Shown: positions 26,230-37,676 of the stretch, one piece after another
Numbering within the stretch: the stretch's first letter is position 1
Layout: each line of letters opens with the position of its first letter
DNA from: Octopus bimaculoides
Taxonomy: Eukaryota
Direction of reading: 5' to 3'
Length of the DNA stretch: 64,000 bases
Assembly: GCF_001194135.2 (NCBI RefSeq)
Contig: NC_068984.1
Coordinates: 5,612,693-5,676,692 of the forward strand
The notes under the pieces: generated by a model
Seen by the model: only the letters and a program-made list of their open reading frames with translations
Told to the model about the DNA's origin: nothing
The model's database searches: none
Program-made: the position numbers and the translations under genes

Positions 26230-26435
26230 TTCTACTATAGGCACAAGGCCTAAAATTTAGAGGAGGGGGATAGTCGATTGCATCGACCCCAGTGCGTAAC
26301 TGGTACTTATTTCATCGACTCCGAAAGGATGAAAGACAGTCTACCTCGGTGGAATTTGAACTCAGAACGTAGCGACGGGCGAAATACCGCTGAGCCTTTC
26401 GTCCAGCGTCCTAACCATTCTGTCAGCTCGCAGCC
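26230..26435 (-). mobile_element. tRNA-derived SINE (family B)
   Basis: Reverse complement of the family B sequence (ctactataggcacaaggcc...ggaatttgaactcagaacgt...gtcagctcgc). Confidence 0.85.
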
Positions 26436-26889
26436 TTTTTTCTACGTCAGAAAGGTTCGCTGCCCTTTCTGACGGCGATAAAATCTCCCCCATTTCCCTA
26501 CTGTAGTGTAAACCTCTCTCTTCCTACGTCTGGAAAATTCTGTTGGGTCAAGCGTGTGAGGGTGCAAAATGGTTGTGTATCTGCTCTCGATTCCATGGAT
26601 TCCCAAAACTTTAGCAGGAAGCATGGTTGATGTTAATACCAATTCCTACTCAACTGCAACAGGCAGCAAATTGCGTTGTTATTACTTTGAATGTGAACAG
26701 TGCCATGCTAATGCACCTAGTATCTGTCGCTATTGTTAAGTGCTAATGGGTACGTATGCGCATGTATACTGACAGAAAGATGCATTTTTATATCAATATA
26801 GAATAGACATAAGCTCACTCAACAGTTCGAGCGGAAACTTTGCTGGCATGCACGTATATATACACACACATGCAGGCGTATACACACAC

Positions 26890-26921
<32 letters not shown>

Positions 26922-27043
26922 TAATGTGTGTGTGTGTGTGTGTATANNNNNNNNNNNNNNNNNNNNNNNNNNNNNNNNNNNNNNNNNNNNNNNNNNNNNN
27001 NNNNNNNNNNNNNNNNNNNNNNNNNNNNNNNNNNNNNNNNNNN

Positions 27044-27081
<38 letters not shown>

Positions 27082-27431
27082 CTGGTACTCCGTCTGTTAC
27101 AATGACGTGGGTTGCAGTTGATCCGGGCACTGGACAGACAAGCGTACCCTTAATGTAGTTCTCAGGGACATTCAGCGTGATACCGAATAAGACTGGTCCT
27201 CTGACCAGCCTTTTCATATTCTGCTGTCCTTATTTCCTCCAGCTCAGTGGACTGGAACTACGTGAGATAAAGTGTCTTTCTCAAGATCATAACTACCGTC
27301 AGGTATCAAACTCAAGAACTTAGGATCTTTAACAGGCAGCCCCAACCACTTAGCCACACGCCTTCACTTCTATCATTTATTTATATATATAATGTGTGTG
27401 TGTGTGTGTGTGTGAGTATTCATGCGTGCGT

Positions 27432-27600
27432 GTGTGTGTGCATATTTATGCGTGTGTGCATATTTATGCGTGTGTGTGCATATTTGTGCGTGTGTGCATA
27501 TTTGTGCGTGTGTGCATATTCGTGCGTGTTAGTGCATATTCGTGCGTGTGTGCCTATTCGTGTGTGTGTGTGTGAGCATATTCGTATGTGTGAATGTATA
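27432..27600. repeat. About 18-bp minisatellite GTGTGTGCATATTTRTGC, about 8 units
   Basis: Directly visible tandem units embedded in (TG)n sequence. Confidence 0.85.
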
Positions 27601-28956
27601 TTCATATATATGCGTGTGTGTGTATATATGTATATATAAGGATATACACATGACATAACATGCATACGTATATATCTCCTTATGAATTGATATTCGACTC
27701 GAACGTATCAGAGGCATGCGATTCATCTGAAGAAATGAGCTGATCGTATATAATTAGATCTTTATATTGGAAACATGTGTGAGATAATCAAACGCGTTCC
27801 CTGTTTGCTTATAAGCTGTAAATGTTGCTCCTTAATTCGGCAACATTCGAAAATGATGGGTGAGTTTTTGACAAATGATGGCTTGTAAAATGATAAAAAC
27901 GCCAACAAAGGCTTGTCGGAAGATATATGGCCCAGGGAAAGATGACTCAGAGGAACATAACAGTGAGGATGATGATGAAGAAAAACTGTTGTAGATGAAG
28001 TATATTGCAGTGATAGTAGGGAAGACAATAATAGGAAGAAAATGAAAGCAAATGAAAATTAGGGAGGCATCATATGGAGACAATATTGATAATGAAGGTG
28101 GTAAGGGAAGAAGAGAGGGACAGAAAGAAAAAACGAAACATATAAAACCAGTTTGAGAAGAAATAGAATAAGCAAGAAAAAGAAATCATAAAAGAAAACG
28201 AAGAAGGGAAAGAAAGAATAAATGCCGCTGATAGAACGTTGTATAATAAATAATAATAATAATAAGAAGAAGAAGAAGAAGAAAGAAGCAGGAAAGAAGA
28301 GAGGAAGATTTGCTGAATAAAAGAAAGAGAAATGCTTTGAAACCTGGTAAATTTTGGCAGTGCCTAAAGTGAAAGCAGCACGCTAAAAACATAAGAATTC
28401 GTTCAGATGAATGGGTTTGCAAAGATTCGGCGTACTGCTGCTGCTGCTGTTCTACAAAAGCTTTTCTCTTTGGGTATTATTTCTTTCGGCGGATTTCATT
28501 ACATTTGTGGTGTTATTAGGAACATAACTGGTACGGCAAATCGAGCCAGAGGTAGCTATCGTTGCATTCCAGCATGCAACATGGTGATAGAAATATATTT
28601 AATCGGTCGATATTTTCATGCTGTGTTGTCCCATTAAATATATATATCTTTTGTGTTGGCCTTGTTGCTTTATTTCATTTTTAGTCTTTAAATTATCTTT
28701 ACTTTTTATTAATTCATTGCTCTGTTCCCCCCCCCTCACCCCCGTGAGTTAAGGAGAATCTCTTTCCATATTCTGAGCTTTTTCTTCTCTTTCCAATATT
28801 AGTTATAGTTGCTTGGTAGCCAGTTACTTAGTACTTCTCCATTGCTTTGTTGTTGTTTTATTAGCGGGGGTGAGAGGGAGGAGAGACGATAGTGAGTAGT
28901 TGGCATTTTTATGATTATATACAGCTATTTTCTATTTTATTTTTTTGCTGCTGCAG

Positions 28957-29045
28957 TATATAAGAGCAGCGTGTGTATGTATGTAGTCATGTATGTATGT
29001 ATGTATATTTAGTTTTTGAACATGGTGTGAGAGGAGCAGGTAATT
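28957..29045 (+). promoter_or_regulatory. Candidate TATA promoter and short first exon with splice donor
   Basis: TATATAAG at 28957-28964 and CAG|GTAATT donor at 29040, within about 1.5 kb of non-repetitive sequence. Motif evidence only. Confidence 0.22.
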
Positions 29046-30469
29046 AACGTGTAAGAGCGCGGTTAACTAGCTGCCTACGTGAGAGTTGCTTACTGTCTAG
29101 TTAGTAACTGTTAGTATTAATGGTAGTTGTACGGATATTAGTTACTCAAGTACCAGCAACCGACAAAATATGCTTGGGAAAGTTCAGTATTTAACTGATG
29201 AGCGAAAGTATTTCTATTTAGCAAAATACCAACTTCTAGTATTAAAACAAGGAGTATACATAGAGAAAAACAAAAACGGTGGAATAAAATCGACTCCAAT
29301 AAACTACTGGTATTTATTCAAACCAATATCGGAACCTCTACGAGATCGATCGAACTGCTCGAGAAGAGAGGGTCCAAATTTTTCTCTGCTAGTACTCTAT
29401 CGTTTTATAAATAGGAGACAAAAGATAACGCCGTCCTTGTACACTGTGCCTAAAGCAAAATGATTGAATTGTCGTGACTAAAGCGCCTTCTTTTTACCAT
29501 AAGTCTTGATATTTTTGTTTTATTTATTTATTTTTGCATGGATCTTCTGGTTTTAGTCAAGTCTCTTTGTGATTAAAGTTTAACAGTGGAAAATGTGGAA
29601 TTTTGATAACGTGCAGGAGTGATATGTATAAATCGGTTAAAAGAGTTCGATACACTCATCTAACACGTGTGTATTTTGCTTTGATTGTGTGACCTAGTTC
29701 ATGTGCAAATGGCATATGCCAAGATTTCGATATTTTCGTGTTAGATAAAACTGAAAAAATTTATATTTTAATTAAAAAATAAAAATATGAGTATCAAGAT
29801 TCAGTGTTAATCATTTTCGGGAGTTTTCTTAAAATGTTTCTATCTTAAATTTTATTCAGTATATTGTTTTTTTTTTTTATTAATTAATGTTTTTCATTTA
29901 TATTTTGGTGGTGGGGGGATTCTTCATTAATATTAGCATTCTAGCATTTTGTCGTGTAAGAAAGATACAATCACGTTATAAATAAATTCGATATTCAGTA
30001 ACAGAGAATACAAGCCAAATAGCGTGACTGCAAATTAGAGAAAATATCAAAACGAAACGAAAATAGTGAAAAGACTCCTTGACCGACAACGGTCATTAAT
30101 TATAACGGACTGTTTTTGTTATTTATTTATTTATTATTTTCATTCGCTTCTTTTAATTTTGTTCCATTTCTTGCCGAGTGTCTTCCTGACACCTAAGGTA
30201 GAGAAACGTACTCTATACATTAGTAGGCCATTAAAATAAATACATCAGATTGTTCCTTTACAAAAACATGTGATAGCGAAAAGGGGGGGGAATAAAGAAT
30301 AAAGTAAACAAAGAAAATAAAGGGGGAAGAAGGAAAGAAAATTCACAGCGACAATGTTCTTTTCAATACGTGTGACTCAGTTCCTTTTTTAATCATTCCA
30401 AGTGCTCCTACAATCACTGGTATTGTAACCGTCTTGATATGCCACATCTATTCGATTTCAATCGGCAAA

Positions 30470-30651
30470 ATTATTTACATTCGACGGATATTTGTCCTCA
30501 TCTTGTTTGTTGTTAACACAACGTTTCGGCTGATGTACCCTCCAGCCTTCATCAGGTGTCTTGGGGAAATTTCGAACCTGGGTTCTCATTTCTAAGGTAG
30601 TTTTTTTTATGTTGTTGTTGTTGTTATTCTTGTCACTACCTGGAATCGAAC
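30470..30651 (-). mobile_element. Short retroposon: tRNA B-box, then (AAC)n/An linker, then hammerhead-containing tail
   Basis: On the minus strand GTTCGATTCC (30651-30642) precedes the linker and the hammerhead. The same tail recurs twice at 62235-62420. Confidence 0.65.
30515..30560 (-). ncRNA. Minimal type I hammerhead ribozyme (Penelope-like-element type)
   Basis: 5'-GACAC CUGAUGA A GGCUG GAGGGUACAU CAGCC GAA ACGU U|GUGUU-3'. Helix I is GACAC/GUGUU and helix II is GGCUG/CAGCC. The core is intact, helix III is the palindrome ACGU, and the GUU triplet predicts cleavage between 30520 and 30519. Confidence 0.75.
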
Positions 30652-30653
30652 AT

Positions 30654-31028
30654 ACATCGTCAACAACTCCCTAGGTTTTCTGTCAAGTTTCTTTATATCG
30701 TTTCTCTCTCCAGTCTATAATTCCAACTCCATATCTGCTCTTGAATTTATTGTTTCATGAAAATGTTTGGAATTTCGATTTGACTGCAATTTTCTGTGTC
30801 TTCTTGTCTGCTCCCTACAGGTAATTTCTCATTTCTTCATTTTCTTTACCTCGTCATCTTCCAGTATTCCCAAGTACTTTTACCGCTCTCCTTTATCAAT
30901 CGCTCTCATTGTTTGTCCATTTGTCATTTCAATCCCTTGGCTTTTTTTCAAATCTTCCTCCTTTCATTTTCAATATGGCGCACTTTTCTATCCCAAATTA
31001 CATACCTACGTCATTTTGGAAAAATGCG
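30654..31028 (-). mobile_element. R4/Dong-like non-LTR retrotransposon RT fragment (pseudogene)
   Basis: Translates NDVGM*FGIEKCAILKMKGGRFEKSQGIEMTNGQTMRAIDKGER*KYLGILE ... GIIDW ... KKLDRKPRELLTMY, typical of the RT 3' half and thumb of RLE-type LINEs. Confidence 0.7.
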
Positions 31029-32279
31029 GAAAGTAAATACAAGACTTATTATCGTAACTGTTATTGCATTCGTTGTAAATTTAGTGAGAGATTTGTTGTG
31101 ACGGCAATGAATTGGTAGCAGAGAATTCTAATTGTTCTAGGCAATAATTATGGTAGACAGGTGGAGGATCCGGTTGATAACGAAACATTTCATTTTATTA
31201 CTACTGGTGTCTTTGTAGACACGATGATCGTCATCGTCATCATCATCATCATCATTTGTATTGCTGTCCTAATCATCATCCATTTTCATCACCACTACAA
31301 CTACCATCCCCCGTTTTTCATTATTATCATCGGAAATATATTTCGACCCTGTTCTAAAACGGTAAAGGAAACTATATGTGAATATTATTAAAAATACGAC
31401 ATAATATTGTAAGAGCAACCTCTATTGATATGCAACCACTGAAGCATACGTTGTCACGGTTCAGTGGCTTTGCTGCAACAATAGTTGATCAAACTGAATA
31501 TTTCATTAGAACGGATTTAAAAATATAGAATCTGCCAAACTGCGGGAACAATGTGGAAGGTAATGCTTAATATAGATTAATTAGATTACTTCATGGTGAC
31601 TGGTTGTTAGGGGTAGGTTTTATAAGGGCTAATGATTTGGGTTTGTTTATTTCTTCTTTTTTGCATTAATTGTTTTGTCGTGGTTTTATTAAGTTAAATA
31701 TTGTTCTTTTGTAGACGGTGTTTTGGGCATTTGTGACTGGTTTTGGAAGTTGACGGTTTCTGTTTAGAATTTCAAATGCTAGAGGTCCAACGTTGCAATT
31801 AAAAATTCTGTGTAATTAAGGGGTGTTTCATTGGCTTGGTACGTTGAACGCTCCTCTGCCTCCTGTGTTTATTTGTTTGCGGAAGATTTATATCTGTCTC
31901 TCTCTTGTTGATACATACCACTTCCTAAACACAAGTCTCTATCCTTTATTGTTTCATGGTAATGTAATTACTGTTATTAAATCTGAACTTAAATTTGATA
32001 TAAACATTTGGAACAAAAACAGCTTTTGTGCGATGCAGGTTAGAAATTAGGCAAAGCATGTAAGGAAAGTTCAAAACATAAAAGCAAAAAGAAAGAATAC
32101 CGTATTTCCTTATATTAGTTGCTTAATGATCCTGTAATATTTCGGGTAAGATACACCTTTTTCAAAAAGAATAAATATAATAGTTTACATTCTTGGTTGT
32201 AATATTGTGATATTACGTATCATGTTCTATCATCGTAATTTATAAAACAATCAGTTTCAGTATCTTAATATACTGAATC

Positions 32280-32480
32280 ATGACTGGCCACGGGATTGAA
32301 CCTAGAAAGTTACCCTCCGAGGCACAAGTCCAGGCAAGGTTGTTTATGGAAGACCAGCAGTCGCCTATGCATACCAGTATCCCCACTTCGTGCCACAGAT
32401 GTCTTCCAAGGTAAAGGCAAAGGCCGATACAGCTTGGCACCAATGACGTCGCAACTCATTTCTACAGCCGAGTAGGACTG
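32280..32480 (-). mobile_element. 3' half of another SINE family
   Basis: Recognised repeat sequence (gactggccacgggattgaacctagaaagttaccctccgaggcacaag...gcaactcatttctacagc), truncated at the RTE boundary. Confidence 0.5.
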
Positions 32481-32489
32481 CGGCTCCAT

Positions 32490-35400
32490 GTAGCTGCAGC
32501 ATGCACAGTCTACCGATGCTTGCAATAACTGGTTCTTGGCGGAAAAGCCCACAAGTGAGGTCCAGCAGTCAGGAAGGCAGGTGTTTTGGAGCGCCTAGAG
32601 CATAATGACAGACAATGGAGTCCTGGTCACCCACTGCAGCAGGAAAGGCTTCTAACCGTAACGGTTCTCTGTGCCACTGGTCAAGATTCTACCGAGAGAG
32701 TGGAAATCTCCCTGTGCAACGGCTCTCCCACTTAAAACAACTTCACACAGAGATGTGTGTGCTTCTCGGCCTGTCAGCCTCAAGTTCTGCGGAGATAGGG
32801 AAGTGCCGAAAGGGACAGGTGGAGATAACCACTAGAAGTTCTAGTCACAAGCCTACACGTAGGCGGCCAGTACTGGACAGCGGAGAACTACGGCAGCATC
32901 CCAGGCGATTGGGCAGCTCTTTCGGACATAACTGCTCACCCTAGTAAGGGAGGGACCTAGATTAGGTGGCCTAAAGAAAGCTTGTCCTAAACAATGTTGG
33001 TCAGGTAACCGCGACTGACAGAATTCCCCATTTGCAGTCGATTCAAACTAAGAAGAAAATAACCTAATCATTGGTACATGGAACATGCGTATTTTCATGG
33101 ATAGAGACGGCGTCTCCAATCTTAAGAGAAGAACAGCTCTCATTGTCAAAGAAGTGTCCAGTTACAATATCGACAAAGCAGCAATCAGTGAAACTCGTCT
33201 GGCTGAAGAAGGGTCTCTTACAGAATGAGACAGCAGCTACACTTTCTTCTGAAAACGCAAGGCCCTACATGAGGACAAACTACACATAGGTTGGATTCGC
33301 CATCAAGTCCAGTCTCCTGAAACAGATTCCCAGCCTTCTTATTACCGTAAATGAAATGCCTATGAAAATTGACCTACCTCTCAGCGATAAACGTTTCATC
33401 ACTATCATGAGCGTGTACTATCATGATGTGCACGGAAGAGATCAGAAAGTAGTCCTGTACTGACTAGGACACTGCACTACGTGACAAACCTGTACCGACA
33501 AGCTTGTAATACTAGACCACTTCAACGCCCGAGTCGGCCGGCCGGGACGAGGAGCGGTGGAGAGCTGTTATAGGGAAGCATAGAATTGGGAAAATGAATG
33601 CGCTGAGTACAACCAGATTGATAAGTATCAGACACCATGGATGAATCTGCATTCGAAACAGGCATTTTATTGATTACATTATCTCCCGGCGGCGCGACAA
33701 CAGCGGCATACTTTTACAAGGGCAGTGCATGGAGCGGACTGCTGGACTGACCACAGACTCATAAAAGCAAAGCTCATCATCCGCCTAACTCCTCAGCATC
33801 ACAAGCAGTAAAAGCTCATAAGACTGGCCTTCAACACAGCCAGACTGCTTTCAGCCAAATACTGGTAAGAGTTCCAGTTCAGCTTTGATGACAACTTCGA
33901 GGTGATAGGACCACTAACTGATAGACCAGAGGAAAAGTGGAATAAGTTCAAAGAAGTCGTCAGAGAGAGAGAGAGTGGGAGAGGGGGAGAGATATGGGGA
34001 GAGAGAGAAAGAGAAAGAGAAAGAACAGCTTTAGACTGAGACGAAAAGCTTCATCAGGACTGGTTTGATGGCTTTCAGTAAATTCCATGACCTCCTTGTA
34101 TCTATTTGGGAGGAAGAGAGTATTCCAACAGACTTGTGAGACGCCATTATAATTACAGTCTACAAGAACAAAAGAACCAAATCAGACTTCGGGAAATACA
34201 GGGGCATTTCCCGGCACGCCATTGCTGGAAAAATCCTGACTTTTCAACAAGCTCATAACTAGCGTTTCTGAGAGCAATTTGCCTGAAACTCAGTGTAGCT
34301 TCCGCCCTGACCATATAGATATGGTGTTTGCTGTGTGTCAAATCAAGGACAAATGTACTGAACAAAGGATGGATTTGTACTCTGTGTTCTCAGACCTGAT
34401 GAATGGTTTTGATACAGTCATCAGAGAAGCTTTGTGGACCATCCTGATTAAGCTGGGTTGCTCACACAAGTTCACCAACTTTATAAAACTCTTTCATGAT
34501 AATATAACCGGTCACGTTCTTTGCAATGGTGACTGCACCAACTCTTTCAACATTTCCAATGGCGTGAAACAGGGCTGCGTACTCGCTCACGTCTTGTTCA
34601 ACTTGTTCTTCTCACAAGTCCTACTTTATACAGTGAAAGTCCTAGACCTGAGTATATACATCAAATATCGCTCAGACGGCTGTTTTGAACCACCGTCGAC
34701 TCTCTGCTTGAACCAATACAGTGGAAAAGCTTATCACTGAAACAGAACTTGCAGATGACTGTGCCCTTATGGCACACAAGGAAAGTCACATGCAGACCAT
34801 AGTTGATTGCTTTGCAGAAGCATCGAGGCTCTTTGTACTGACCATCAGCCTTGAGAAAACTGAGGTCTTAGTCCAAGCAACACCGAACACAATCCGCCCC
34901 CAGCCGAACATTACCATTAAGGGAGTCCGTCTTAAGTGTGTGGAGAGTGTCAGGTATCTTGGCAGCACAATCTCACCCGATGGATCATTGGACAGCAAAA
35001 TTTTATCCAGAAACCACAAAGCCAACCAAGCACTTGAAAGTGAAAGTCACCCAGCAGAATGACATCAGACTATCGACAAAGCTCAAGATCTACAAGGTTG
35101 TAGTCGTTTCTTAACTTACTCTATGGATGTCGGACATGAATCCCATACCGTCAGCACATCAAACAACTGTAACAATTTCATACAAGGGCATTGCGCAGGA
35201 TCTTGGACATTCGCTGGTAGGACAGTGTGGCAAACCAAGAAGTGCTGGAGAGAGCTTGTTCAACAAGTATTGAGTCAATGTTGTCGAAGCATTCAGGAAC
35301 GCTGGACTGGTCATGCCATCAGAATGACTGACAACTGTTTACTCTGACAGCTGTTGTACGGCGAGCTCAGACGGGGTTCACGCAAACGAGGAAGACCTAA

Positions 35401-35735
35401 ATTGAGGTGCAAAGACACTCTGAAAAGTAACCTCAAATGGGGCGGCACGAGTCCACGTGAATTCGAAATCTCGGCCGTTGACAGATCAGCGTGGAAGTCT
35501 CTCATTTCACCAACAGCCTTCTAAGAGGACCGGCGACAACGTCTCGATGCTGCAACCCCCCCCCCCCCAAATATACGACGTTAGAAGGCAACATCCGCAT
35601 CAATGCAGTCAATAGACTATCGTTGTGACATTTGTGAGCGCTTTTGTGCTTCCGGTTTTGAACTGCGGAGTCACATGCGCTCTCATAGCTGAGAACAGAA
35701 ACTTTGTGGTCATCGGACACCGATGGAATAACTGA
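32490..35735 (+). mobile_element. Near-full-length decayed RTE-clade LINE (APE endonuclease plus RT), with internal deletion
   Basis: APE N-terminus LIIGTWNMR...AAISETRLAEEG at about 33070-33230. RT motifs GVKQGCVLA (34561) and ADDCAL (34751). C-terminal C2H2 CDICERFCASGFELRSHMRSH, stop at 35690. Many stops and frameshifts. Confidence 0.92.
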
Positions 35736-35927
35736 CATATGTAAGCATGGGTCTCTTTCTGTATGTCTCAGTCTGCGCATGTAATACGACTTAGGATATA
35801 TTGAATATTGTAATTTTAATATACGACTGATCTTTACGGCTCTTTATATACGTGCGATGTGTAAATGTGCGTGTGTGTACGTTTGCATGTGTGTGCGCAT
35901 ATATATATATATATATGTGTGTGAGAC

Positions 35928-35973
<46 letters not shown>

Positions 35974-36179
35974 AGACTTCATATTTGTGAATGTTTATGG
36001 GTTTATCAAGGTGTGTCTCATTATATAAATATATGAACCCTAGCGAATTCTTAGACATCAGTAAAACAGAAAAGTCAGATAAAAGAATTGGAAAAAGATA
36101 TTATCGATAAACATTGAGCGCCGCAATCACCGAAAGTCTATTGATTTAAACATTGCAAAGAATATAAAAGTTAACACTA

Positions 36180-36370
36180 CAATCTGCTCACAAATAACTA
36201 AATTGAATTAGCGTTTAAACTGGCTCGGCAATATTCGTGAAGCGAACGCTCTGATTTATCGACGGCTGATGGTCCAGAATGCCAGACTTTGCAATGGAAA
36301 TGTTTAAAGAAACCTTTGCACCAACTGACGGATGGTTTAGATGGTGGTACTTGGGAGAAAATTGGGTAGA
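36180..36370 (+). mobile_element. pogo/Tigger transposase CENP-B-type HTH fragment
   Basis: Frameshifted remnant IYRRLMVQNARL/AMEMFKETFAPTDGWFRWW resembles the pattern I(Q)EKA..FA......F.AS.GWL.RF. Confidence 0.45.
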
Positions 36371-36647
36371 AAGACTTTCAAGGATTCCGTTTTTAATAAA
36401 CTGAAGTGTGGTTTAAGACCGGGTAGACAAAATTTGTTACTGAATATCCTTTTCAGAATATCAAGATCATAAATGTTCTTTAACAAAACTTATTGCTACA
36501 TTATTTTCGTGCAATATTCGACGAGCATGCCTATTCGTTTACAAATTAAAATACATTAAAGTCTTTGAAAGATCGATCGACAGATGTTTGTCGCGCTGAT
36601 AGAAATGGACAGAAGCGAGGGTTTCTATCGATTGAAAAAGTAAAGTT

Positions 36648-37664
36648 CTGCGGCGCTTTAAGGAGGTCGAGAGCTTAACTGTTCATTAGTCTGTGAATGA
36701 TTATAGACGTTTTCAACAATTGGTTACTTAAATGAAATTTTGGATTAAAGCAGCAAATATTGTTAGCTGGAAGTCTTGAGAAACATTGAAAGACTTTTTA
36801 ATCACAGAACATAAAAATAATTTCCTGACCTTCAGGCATTTATATTCTGACCACCACTAAATCAAATATGTGACTAATGAATCAAATGCTTTTCTTTTTT
36901 TTTTTTATCGAAAAAAACTTTATTCAAGAATTTGAATCGAACTCGATGGTATTCACACCGAAGATTATTCTGTTCTTAATCTTTTGGTGCAGATTCTATG
37001 TCGATATTATAGAAGCACGTTTCGGAGAAAATTCTTCAAATTGTGCCAAAAGCTATCCCTGAGGACTCTGCCAGTGGAGTACAGGCGACTTCTAGGGTCT
37101 CCTACCGTACAGGTGAAAGGATGGAGGGTAGAATAATATGAACCATCTCTCCGCAAATGAGAGAATGTTGTTTTTTAGGGTCAACACCACTACCTAGAAC
37201 AAAAACCAAAGTTACAGACGCATCGATGGCAATTAAAAACCAAGATCAGGGAGAGGAATGCCTTCGCGCGGGGAAACCTGACACGTCAAGCTCTAACATG
37301 GGACCCGCAAGGGAGGCGGAAGAGAGGATGCCCCGAAAATAGCTGGAGATGGAATATTGAGAAAGCTAAAAAGGGATCCAAATGGAGAGGAAAAAAGACT
37401 GCCCAACGTCGAAAATTGTTGATAAAATATCGACAATGCCTTCTGTTCCATACTGATCGAAAGGGCTTAAGCAAAATCACAGCATATTAGAAACTGACAT
37501 TATCGACAGATTAAAAATTCTTTCTGTGTTTTTCAAGACTTCCAGCTAACAATATCTGCCGCTTTAATCCAAAATTTCATTTAAGTTACCAGTTGTTGAA
37601 AACGTCTATAATCCTTCACAGACTAATGAACAGTTAAGCTTTCGGCCTACTTAAAGCGCTTCAG
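36648..37664. repeat. About 155-bp inverted repeat pair (36648-36803 / 37509-37664), probable long-TIR element
   Basis: The arms align by eye at roughly 90% identity and are separated by about 700 bp. Confidence 0.85.
37058..37485 (+). mobile_element. Bipartite RTE derivative (5' UTR fused to 3' end)
   Basis: The 5' part resembles RTE leaders (ccctgaggactctgccagtggagta...tagggtctcc...acaggtgaaagg). The 3' part translates TRQALTWDPQGRRKRGCPENSWRWNIE, an RTE ORF C-terminus. Confidence 0.6.
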
Positions 37665-37676
37665 GTATACATAATA

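Noticed and set aside
29195-29207. CTGATGAGCGAAA hammerhead-like core
   Set aside because: Only GC lies between the core halves, so no helix II can form, and there is no downstream complement for helix I. Probably chance.
34279-35062. 153-aa and 113-aa ORFs as a host gene
   Set aside because: They are frameshifted pieces of the RTE reverse transcriptase.
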